64,000 nucleotides of DNA, from positions 2,286-66,285 of the forward strand of contig MGBO01000014.1 of NCBI GenBank assembly GCA_001788295.1. Direction: 5' to 3'. Source of the DNA: Candidatus Roizmanbacteria bacterium RIFOXYC1_FULL_41_16 (lineage in GTDB: Bacteria; Patescibacteriota; Microgenomatia; UBA1406). This document shows positions 54,339-62,430 of the stretch, one piece after another. The position numbers and the translations under genes were made by a program. Below the pieces are notes generated by a model that saw nothing but the letters and a program-made list of their open reading frames with translations, was not told the DNA's origin and made no database searches. Position 1 is the stretch's first letter; the number at the start of each line of letters is the position of its first letter.

Positions 54339-55127
54339 ATGCTCGGTTTAATTATTGTTTACTATAATCATCCGGAGCAATTACAGGATTTTCTGCTCTC
54401 TCTTAAGAAAAATCAGACCGCCAATATTAAACTGTTTATTGCCGACTTAAGTCGTAATCTCAAATTGAAGAATAATTACGGACTTGATCTTGAAATCATC
54501 CAAGGCCAAAACAAGGGCTATTCTTATGGCGTCAATCTATGCCTAAAAGCCGCCTTAAAACAAGATTACGATCAATTTTGTGTCTTAAATTACGATACTT
54601 ATCTTGACAGCCGCTTCTTAAAGTACTTACGGATCCGTTTCAAAACCGCTGATTTGTTTGGCGGTAAAATTTATTATGCCAGAGGCAACGAGTATTATCC
54701 GGAGCGATACGCCAAAAAAGACATCGGCAAGGTGTTGTGGTATGCCGGCGGGACAATCAATTGGGATCACGCCACCGTCACCCATCGAGGAGTGGACGAA
54801 GTAGATAAGGGACAGTACAATCAACCCCAAACTACCGGTTTTATCCCCGGGACTTTAATTGCCTTTACGAAAAAAGTGATTGATAAAGTCGGCCTTTGGG
54901 ACGAGGGATTTTTTTTATATTATGAAGATACTGATTTTTGTGTTCGGGCCCTTAAGCACGGTTTTAAATTGTTCTACGACCCGCAAATTATAATCTGGCA
55001 CAAAAATGCCGGCACTACCGGCGGCCCTGGCTCTAAGCTGCATATTAAAGAACAAGCCAAATCACGAATACGATTTGGTCTTAAACACGCCCCCCTTCGT
55101 ACCAAAATACATCTAGTTATTAATTAA
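54339..55127 (+). CDS. glycosyltransferase family 2 (soluble, rhamnosyl/galactosyl-transferase-like)
   Basis: IIVYYN..., LNYDTYL (DxD-like) and FFLYYEDTDFCVRA. Confidence 0.75.
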   Translation: MLGLIIVYYNHPEQLQDFLLSLKKNQTANIKLFIADLSRNLKLKNNYGLDLEIIQGQNKGYSYGVNLCLKAALKQDYDQFCVLNYDTYLDSRFLKYLRIRFKTADLFGGKIYYARGNEYYPERYAKKDIGKVLWYAGGTINWDHATVTHRGVDEVDKGQYNQPQTTGFIPGTLIAFTKKVIDKVGLWDEGFFLYYEDTDFCVRALKHGFKLFYDPQIIIWHKNAGTTGGPGSKLHIKEQAKSRIRFGLKHAPLRTKIHLVIN

Positions 55128-55135
55128 TTAAAGCA

Positions 55136-56617
55136 ATGGGGAAGTTTTTTAAAATAAAACCTGTTCTTTTTTACTTAATTACTATTTCTATTATCTTGTT
55201 TGTTCTTACTAGGATTAATCCACTCCTTTCTCATAACGTCGCTTATACTTATGATCAAGGCCGCGATTTTCTCAGTGCCAGTGAAATTGTTGACCAAAAG
55301 AATTTAACCCTTATAGGTCCTACAACCGGAATCATAGGCTTATTTCATGGTGCCTGGTGGTATTATTTGTTAACAATACCTTATATATTATTTCAAGGCT
55401 TACCGATTGGATTTTATTATTTTAATGCGATTATTCATCTATTAAGTTTAGTCGCTTTATTAGTTTTTGCTTATATAGAATTAGGTTTTATTATAGCTCT
55501 GTTTGCAGCCTTAATCATAATAAGTAGTCCATATTTTATTCTTACTTCTTTATTTGTCGGTAACAACATTATGGCCGTGCCTAGCGTTTTAGCATTAGTG
55601 ATTTCTCTTTACTATTTAGTGAAACCAAAAAGAGAACCTAAACCATTATTATTTTTTATAAACGCTCTTGCTTTGGGATTTGTTTCGGAATTTGAACTAT
55701 CTTTTGGTTTATTTTTAATACCAAGTTACCTTTTTATAATCTTGATTTTTCCAATTCTGCGTCATAACTTTTTCAAACTTAAAAATTTCTTATGGTTTAT
55801 GCTTGGCATCGGTATAGTTTTTCTACCAAGGTTTTTATTTGAGCTTAAACACAATTTAAGTCAAACTAAGATTTTATTAGGTTTTTTTCTTAAACCAAAG
55901 TTACATGAACCTAGATCGTTTTTTATCGTCATTGGAGAAAGATGGAGTCTATTTCAAAGTTATTATGAAAGCTTGTTTGATAATCAAATAATATTGTTGG
56001 TTGTTTCGGTTTTTTTATTAGGTTTGATACTACATTCTATATACAAAAAACAATTAAAACTTCCGTTCAAAGTTTATTTAACTTTGTTGATTTTCTTGTT
56101 TGTCATTAGTTTGTCATACAAAGATAATTTTTGGGGAAATTATTACGAAGGTATTCATTATTTGTTTTTAATGATTGTTCTTTTAATTATTGGTCAAAAT
56201 AAGCACCGGTTTACTAAACTATTTCTAATTTTGATTAATGGCCTCCTAATACTAATGTTACTTATCAAACTACTTTCCCCTTCTAAACCAACTACACTCA
56301 ATGGTCTAGCGGCTCATGAAGCAGCTGTTGATTATATTTACAGCCAGGAAGGAGCAAAATCTTTAATCAATATTTATACTCCGCCAGCCATTCCCTACAC
56401 TTATCGATATCTTTTCTACTATCAACACCGCTTTCATAAACAAGATCTACCCACAGATCAGTGGCATAATAATCAGGGATGGTTTATTATCGAGAGTGAT
56501 GAATTAGTCGATCGCAGACAAGCCTGGATTGATACTAGAATTCCTCAGGAGGCAAAACTGATAAAAAATAAAAAGATTGCAGATATTGAAATTCAATTAT
56601 GGCAAAACAGAGAATAA
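55136..56617 (+). CDS. GT-C-like polytopic membrane protein, 'DQGRD' family (AT-rich paralog of 42631..44082)
   Basis: YTYDQGRDFLSASEIV...LIGPTTGIIGLFHGAWWYY aligns with FLGDQGRDAIIMKRI...AIGAPTSIGMVYLGPFYYY. It is visibly more AT-rich than its neighbours. Confidence 0.5.
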   Translation: MGKFFKIKPVLFYLITISIILFVLTRINPLLSHNVAYTYDQGRDFLSASEIVDQKNLTLIGPTTGIIGLFHGAWWYYLLTIPYILFQGLPIGFYYFNAIIHLLSLVALLVFAYIELGFIIALFAALIIISSPYFILTSLFVGNNIMAVPSVLALVISLYYLVKPKREPKPLLFFINALALGFVSEFELSFGLFLIPSYLFIILIFPILRHNFFKLKNFLWFMLGIGIVFLPRFLFELKHNLSQTKILLGFFLKPKLHEPRSFFIVIGERWSLFQSYYESLFDNQIILLVVSVFLLGLILHSIYKKQLKLPFKVYLTLLIFLFVISLSYKDNFWGNYYEGIHYLFLMIVLLIIGQNKHRFTKLFLILINGLLILMLLIKLLSPSKPTTLNGLAAHEAAVDYIYSQEGAKSLINIYTPPAIPYTYRYLFYYQHRFHKQDLPTDQWHNNQGWFIIESDELVDRRQAWIDTRIPQEAKLIKNKKIADIEIQLWQNRE

Positions 56618-57366
56618 CCGTAGTTTTTCAGGTAAAAAACGAGCAGGCACAGATTAAAGAAGCAATTGAAAGCGCCAGATTGTTAACTAACAATATTGTT
56701 GTCATGGATATGCGCAGCTCTGATGATACTGCGCTAATTGCTAAAAAAGCCGGTGCCAAGGTAATTGCGATTCCCAGTGCAATCTATGTTGAGCCGGTAC
56801 GTCAATATGCGTTTTCCAAAACTAACTCAGACTGGGTCCTGATTTTGGACGCAGACGAACGCCTAACCAAAGCTATTGCCGCAGAGATAAAACAAACAAT
56901 TGCCAGTAAATCCAGCCACACTCATTATTATCTGTCACGCCTTAATACTTTTAACGGCCAAGTTTTTAAACACGGTGGCTGGTGGCCAGACAATCAAATC
57001 CGTTTAATAAAAAAAGAAAGTTTTGTTAAGTGGCCCAAAAATATTCATTCAACTGTCCAAGTTACTGGAAAACCAGGAAAGTTAGATAACTGTTTTTTAC
57101 ACTATTTTCACGGTGACCTAACTCAAATGGTTAATAAAACCATCAAATTTGAAGACATTGAATCAGAGCTCTTGTTTAAAGCGGGGCGAGCTGTTAATAC
57201 GGCGACTTTTTTTAGAAAATATTTCGGCGAACTCTATCGCCGCTTACTAAAACATCAGGGTTGGCGCGACGGCTCATACGGCATTATTGAATCAATTTAT
57301 CAGGCCTATTCCAAAACCATCACCTGGCTATTTGTTTACGAAAAGAAGTTGTTGCGTAAACCATGA
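56599..57366 (+). CDS. glycosyltransferase family 2 (WaaE/KdtX-like)
   Basis: ITVVFQVKNE, ILDADERL and GGWWPDNQIRLIKK. Confidence 0.7.
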   Translation: MAKQRITVVFQVKNEQAQIKEAIESARLLTNNIVVMDMRSSDDTALIAKKAGAKVIAIPSAIYVEPVRQYAFSKTNSDWVLILDADERLTKAIAAEIKQTIASKSSHTHYYLSRLNTFNGQVFKHGGWWPDNQIRLIKKESFVKWPKNIHSTVQVTGKPGKLDNCFLHYFHGDLTQMVNKTIKFEDIESELLFKAGRAVNTATFFRKYFGELYRRLLKHQGWRDGSYGIIESIYQAYSKTITWLFVYEKKLLRKP

Positions 57367-58436
57367 TAAAAGCGGCTTTGATTTCACCATATTGGGATAT
57401 TCTTGGCGGCGGAGAGAAGTATTTACTCGATATCGGTTATTTTTTGCACCAGAATGGTTATGAGGTTGAAATTTTCTGGCCAGACAAGCAGATTAAAACC
57501 CGGCTTTTACAGCGCTTTGGTCAAAAATATGATTTCTTTTCGGTTAATTCACGCTGGCAACAGCTCAGTAGCTGGCAAAAAACTCTTAACAGTTGCCATT
57601 ATGAAGCTATTTTTTATCATTCGGACGGCAGCTATTTTTGGTCTTTGGCCAAAAAGAATTATCAACTCTTTCAGGTTCCTGATATTAACCTAATTCCTCA
57701 TCATAATTGGTGGCAGACTTTTAAATTTTCCCAATGGACGCCAATTTTTAACTCTGAATTTACCAAGCGTATTTTTCTCAAACATGCTCAAGTCAAAAAG
57801 CACCACCTGCTCTACCCCACGATCGACTCCGAAAGCAATAATTATCACAGGAAAGATAAAATCATCTTGTCGGTGGGCCGGTTTTTTGGCCATCTGCATT
57901 CCAAAAAACAGGAAGTTTTGATTAAGGCTTTTATCAGCGGTCTGCAAAAATATCCGGAACTAGCTCAATATCAATTAATTTTGGCCGGCAGTTTTAAATC
58001 AGCGGACCAAAATTATTTAAATTATCTTAAAAAGATAAGTCAGAATTATTCTCAAATCAAGATTTTAACCAATCTTACTCATAGGCAGATTCAGGCTCTT
58101 TATCAAAAGGCCAGTATTTATTGGCACGCCGCCGGCTATCAAGTAAATGAGCGACAAAGCCCAGAACTGGTAGAGCATTTTGGTATTGCCATTGTTGAGG
58201 CGATGAATCATTATTGTGTACCGGTTGTCTATCAAGCCGGCGGACCAAAAGAAACAGTCAGTGAAAACCAAAGCGGCTTTTTTTTCACTCAACCCAAAAC
58301 TCTGCTTGCTCAAACTCTTAAGTTGATTAAGAAACCAGAGCTTTGCCAACAAATGGCTCTTAATGCCCATAAGCAAGCGGTGGAAAAATTTGGAACTAAA
58401 GCTTTTAACAATAGTTTGCAAAAAATAATTCAATGA
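57363..58436 (+). CDS. glycosyltransferase, GT4 (group 1)
   Basis: EHFGIAIVEAMNHYCVPVVYQAGGPKETV (EX7E region); 357 aa. Confidence 0.85.
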   Translation: MIKAALISPYWDILGGGEKYLLDIGYFLHQNGYEVEIFWPDKQIKTRLLQRFGQKYDFFSVNSRWQQLSSWQKTLNSCHYEAIFYHSDGSYFWSLAKKNYQLFQVPDINLIPHHNWWQTFKFSQWTPIFNSEFTKRIFLKHAQVKKHHLLYPTIDSESNNYHRKDKIILSVGRFFGHLHSKKQEVLIKAFISGLQKYPELAQYQLILAGSFKSADQNYLNYLKKISQNYSQIKILTNLTHRQIQALYQKASIYWHAAGYQVNERQSPELVEHFGIAIVEAMNHYCVPVVYQAGGPKETVSENQSGFFFTQPKTLLAQTLKLIKKPELCQQMALNAHKQAVEKFGTKAFNNSLQKIIQ

Positions 58437-59260
58437 TTTCTGTCATTATTCCGGTTTACAAAAACAAAAAGATGTTTTTGGCTAACCTCAAGCACAATCT
58501 CCGTTTTATTGGCAAACTGCAAATTATTGTGGTTAACGACAACCCTGAGGAAAACCTGACAAGGGCAGTTAAAACAATTTCGCCAACAATCACGGTTATT
58601 AACAATCCCAAAAACTACGGCTTTGGCAAGAGTATGAATTTGGGTGTTCAACTGGCTAAGCATGATTATCTGTTGTTTTTGAATTCTGATGTCAAATTGC
58701 TGGATAATCGATTGGAAAAGGCTCTAACTATGTTTAAGGACCCCAAACTATTTGCCCTTTCGTTTGCGCAAATTGAAGCCGACAATCATATTACCGGCGC
58801 CAACGCTGGCCATTTTAAACAAGGTTTGTTTCAACACTATGAACGCCACACTTCCACTGTTAGTGAAAATCTCTGGCCCGAAGGTGGCGCCAGTTTACTC
58901 AATCGCCACTTGTTTCTAAAGTTGGGCGGTTTTGACGAGATTTATTCGCCTTTTTATTGGGAAGACGTTGATCTGGGTTTTCGAGCCAAAGCTCGCTCCC
59001 TACACACTCTTTATTATCCGTTGATTAAGGTGCAGCATTGTCATCAAACTACTATCAGTAAATATTTCACTCCCTCTGAGGTGAAAAGTATTGCTTTTCG
59101 CAATCAGTTTTTGTTTGTCTGGAAAAATATACGCGGACTGGCCCTTTTACAACACTTACTCTGGCTGCCAATTTTAATCATAAAAAACCGGCAGAATCGC
59201 GAATTCAAACAAGGTTTGAAAGCAGCGTTTAAACGTTATTTAAAACAAGATGAAGAATAA
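58433..59260 (+). CDS. glycosyltransferase family 2
   Basis: ISVIIPVYKN, FLNSDV and FYWEDVDLGFRA. Confidence 0.8.
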   Translation: MISVIIPVYKNKKMFLANLKHNLRFIGKLQIIVVNDNPEENLTRAVKTISPTITVINNPKNYGFGKSMNLGVQLAKHDYLLFLNSDVKLLDNRLEKALTMFKDPKLFALSFAQIEADNHITGANAGHFKQGLFQHYERHTSTVSENLWPEGGASLLNRHLFLKLGGFDEIYSPFYWEDVDLGFRAKARSLHTLYYPLIKVQHCHQTTISKYFTPSEVKSIAFRNQFLFVWKNIRGLALLQHLLWLPILIIKNRQNREFKQGLKAAFKRYLKQDEE

Positions 59261-60836
59261 AATTATTATCTTGACCTTACTGGGATGTCTATTGTTAACA
59301 TTTATACCCAAAGACTTTCCGCCGGCGTTAAACGCCGATGAGGCGGCTTTTGGCTATAATGCCTACTCTCTGGCGGAAACGGCTAGGGACGAGTATGGCA
59401 GTTTTTTGCCCCTAAGACTAAAGTCTTTTGGCGATTACAAACTGCCGTTGTATTCTTATTTGAGCATCCCCTTTGTTAAAATCTATGGCCTAAATGAATT
59501 CAGCACCCGTTTGCTGGCTCAATTTAGCGGTTTGGGACTGGTGATTTTGCTTTATCTTTTGGCTCTGAAGGTTTTTAAGAGCCAGTCGGTGGCTGTCATT
59601 ACACTACTGATGGCTTCAGTGTCGCCATGGATTCAGCTGTTTGCCAATCAGGCCCACGAAACCACACTGGCAACAGTCTTTATCGCCGCCACTCTTCTGT
59701 TATTGATAACTTATATCCAGACCAAAAAATTAAGTCATTGGGCCGGTTCAATTTTATGTCTGGGATTAGCTTTATTCAGCTATCATTCAGCCAAAGTAGT
59801 CTTTCCGTTTTTATTATTGGCTCAGGTCTATTGGCTGATTAAAAATAAAGGGTGGCACCAGCTTAAAACACAGACCTCAGCTAAAGTTTTAATTGTTTTC
59901 GCCGTCGTAGTTTTGGGAGCGTTTAGCTATAGCGAAATCAAGACGCCACCGGCACGAGTCACCAACCTGTTTCTTTTTTCTCATCCCAATATTGATCTGG
60001 TCACCAATGAGGCCAAAATCGAAGCCCGATTCTCACCTTTTCAGTTTAGGGCAATTGTAGGTTTGAGAGAATTTGCAGCCCGGTATTTCAGTTATTTTTC
60101 ACCGGAGTTTTTGGTAATTAAGGGCGACGACAATCCCCGTTTCGGCTATTCTTATCTCTCTCCCTTAAATTTTTTGGAATACCTGTTTTTTGTTCTGGGA
60201 CTGTATTATTTATTCCGGCTTAAACACTCCTTTCGTTACTTATTAATAATGATGTTGCTTTCTGTTCCTCTGGCCAGTTCATTGAGCTGGCAGGTTTATT
60301 CGCTTTCCCGAACTCACGCTTTGATCGTTGCAATTTTGCCGCTGTCGGCCTACGGTTTATACAGTCTATTTAAGCACCATCAGGTCCTATTAATTGGTAG
60401 TGTAACTTTGTCAATTGGCTTATCAATGCTGTCACTTTATTTTCTTAATTTTCATTATCCAAAGCGAGCTTTGGCTGTTCGCGCCTGGCAGGCCGGCTAT
60501 CAAGAACTAACCAATTACCTGCAAGACAATGATTCACAATATTCACGCTTTTACATCACCAAAAAAAACGGCCAGCCTTATATTATGCTGTTGTTTTATC
60601 TAAACTATCCACCAGCAAAATACCATCAACAAGCCCGATTATCGGCTCCTGACGAGTATGGTTTTGGCCAGGTGGAAGGGTTTGACAAGTATGTGTTTAA
60701 TTTCGCGACTCCTGACAACAAAGCCCAAAACAGTTATATCGGTTATCCGGATGATTTTGATGAAACCGAACTGAAAACCTTAAAACTAAAAGAGATCAAA
60801 GTCAAAACCGAAACAATGTTTTTGATTGCCGATTAA
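59250..60836 (+). CDS. GT-C membrane glycosyltransferase (ArnT/PMT_2-like)
   Basis: 528 aa and polytopic, with loop-1 LNADEAAFGYNAYSL and a soluble C-terminal domain. Confidence 0.7.
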   Translation: MKNKIIILTLLGCLLLTFIPKDFPPALNADEAAFGYNAYSLAETARDEYGSFLPLRLKSFGDYKLPLYSYLSIPFVKIYGLNEFSTRLLAQFSGLGLVILLYLLALKVFKSQSVAVITLLMASVSPWIQLFANQAHETTLATVFIAATLLLLITYIQTKKLSHWAGSILCLGLALFSYHSAKVVFPFLLLAQVYWLIKNKGWHQLKTQTSAKVLIVFAVVVLGAFSYSEIKTPPARVTNLFLFSHPNIDLVTNEAKIEARFSPFQFRAIVGLREFAARYFSYFSPEFLVIKGDDNPRFGYSYLSPLNFLEYLFFVLGLYYLFRLKHSFRYLLIMMLLSVPLASSLSWQVYSLSRTHALIVAILPLSAYGLYSLFKHHQVLLIGSVTLSIGLSMLSLYFLNFHYPKRALAVRAWQAGYQELTNYLQDNDSQYSRFYITKKNGQPYIMLLFYLNYPPAKYHQQARLSAPDEYGFGQVEGFDKYVFNFATPDNKAQNSYIGYPDDFDETELKTLKLKEIKVKTETMFLIAD

Positions 60837-61501
60837 GACAGCAAAAGATCAAACCAGAAAACCACCATCGCATGTACTCCAATCGCCGGCAAAATATTTT
60901 TACGCATATAAAAAGCAATTCCGGTGATAAAACTCAAAGTAAAATTAAGAACCAGATTGATGACCAAATCCTGGCCTCCCAAACCAAGAGTCAGGGCGCC
61001 GGGCAGATAAAGGATAAAAAACAGGGTTGAGGAAATAAACAAACTGAGAAGGAAATTTTTGGAATAGCGATACAGATAATTAAACAAGAAGCCGCGACCG
61101 ACAATCTCCTCAGAAAAAGCACTCACCAAAGCCAAGCCAAAAAGCGCGCCCCAACGGTTTATATCCAGCTGATTGACAAAAACCACTTTGATTCCCTGGC
61201 TGGTAAACAAAGAAAGCAAACCAAAACCAATGATCAATAACATCAGTAAGAGAGTTAGGAAAAGCTCGCGCCCCAAACCTTTTTTGGGAAAACCCACATT
61301 TTGAAAAAAGCGGTTTGCTTTTTCATTATTACTGACAAACCAATATACCGGCCCTAAAAAGATCAAGGGTTTGGCCACCAACTCACTAAACCAGAGCGGC
61401 GGATTAAACCCGTTACGGAATAAGCTCCACAAAATGACAATAATTCCCCAACTGGTTAAGAGCTTTTCGATTCGCAGTTCGTTGTTAATTTTTTTGGGCA
61501 T
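60833..61501 (-). CDS. CPBP-family intramembrane glutamic protease (CAAX protease-like)
   Basis: 222 aa and polytopic, with SAFSEEIVGRGFLFNYL (EExxxR motif) and a distal His motif (IGVHAMVVF). Confidence 0.85.
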   Translation of the reverse strand: MPKKINNELRIEKLLTSWGIIVILWSLFRNGFNPPLWFSELVAKPLIFLGPVYWFVSNNEKANRFFQNVGFPKKGLGRELFLTLLLMLLIIGFGLLSLFTSQGIKVVFVNQLDINRWGALFGLALVSAFSEEIVGRGFLFNYLYRYSKNFLLSLFISSTLFFILYLPGALTLGLGGQDLVINLVLNFTLSFITGIAFYMRKNILPAIGVHAMVVFWFDLLLS

Positions 61502-62430
61502 TAGAAAAATGATAGTTGATTTTCAGTTGTTTTGTCAACCGACTTCTCATTTGTGTGTCTTTTGCCTGTTGCCTCCAGTTGTTTTTTAATGCTTCTAAGG
61601 GAATATTGATCACAATATTGTTGCAGAGACGAGGTGAGGGTTAATTTTGCCAGCTGATTGTCTTTGAGTTTAAAGTCTATTTCCACATTATTAACCAACT
61701 GGGCCAGTTTTTTAGACAATAAAGCGTTGTCTCGATTGACCTCTAATTTTTGCCTGAGTGATAAATCCAACTGATCAAGATGCTGGTAAATCCGGTTCAA
61801 GTTTTGGTAATCCTCAAGCAGCTTGTTGGCAGTTTTGGGACCAATACCTTTGATGCCGGCATAATTGTCGGACGAATCCCCGACCAAGGCTTTGTAATCC
61901 ACGACCTGTGCCGGAGTGATCCCAAGTTTTTGCTTAACCGCCGCCTCATCCATATAATAGAGCTCAGATACCCCTTTTTTAGGCATAATGACCATTGTTT
62001 TTGGGGCCACTAACTGAAGAATGTCTTTATCTCCGGTCAAAATATAAGTAAACAAGTCAGGTTCTTCTTGATTGGCCAAAACAACCAAAGTGCTGATGAC
62101 GTCATCCGCTTCATAACCCTCCTTAAGATAATATTTCAATCCAGCCAGTCGCAAAAACTCCTGCACCAAGGGCACCTGAACCTTAAATTCCTCCGGATTT
62201 TTGGGCCGCTGCGATTGATACGACGCAACCAGCTCCTTACGGAAAGTCTTTTTGGGCGTATCAAAGGCAATAGTCAAAAAGTCTGGCGCCAATCTGTCAA
62301 TCAGGGACAAGGTCATTTTAATAAAACCGTGAACGGCGTTGGTGGGAACACCCTGAGCCGAAGTAAACAAAGGCAGAGCGTGATAAGCCCGATGCAAGAC
62401 AGCTGAGCCGTCGATAATTAAATATTTCAT
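61501..62430 (-). CDS. stand-alone 5'-3' exonuclease (FEN / Pol I N-terminal domain-like)
   Basis: LIIDGSAVLHRAYHAL, LTGDKDILQL and GDSSDNYAGIKGIGPKTA (H3TH). ATG 62430 overlaps the upstream stop (ATGA) and is preferred over TTG 62448. Confidence 0.9.
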   Translation of the reverse strand: MKYLIIDGSAVLHRAYHALPLFTSAQGVPTNAVHGFIKMTLSLIDRLAPDFLTIAFDTPKKTFRKELVASYQSQRPKNPEEFKVQVPLVQEFLRLAGLKYYLKEGYEADDVISTLVVLANQEEPDLFTYILTGDKDILQLVAPKTMVIMPKKGVSELYYMDEAAVKQKLGITPAQVVDYKALVGDSSDNYAGIKGIGPKTANKLLEDYQNLNRIYQHLDQLDLSLRQKLEVNRDNALLSKKLAQLVNNVEIDFKLKDNQLAKLTLTSSLQQYCDQYSLRSIKKQLEATGKRHTNEKSVDKTTENQLSFF

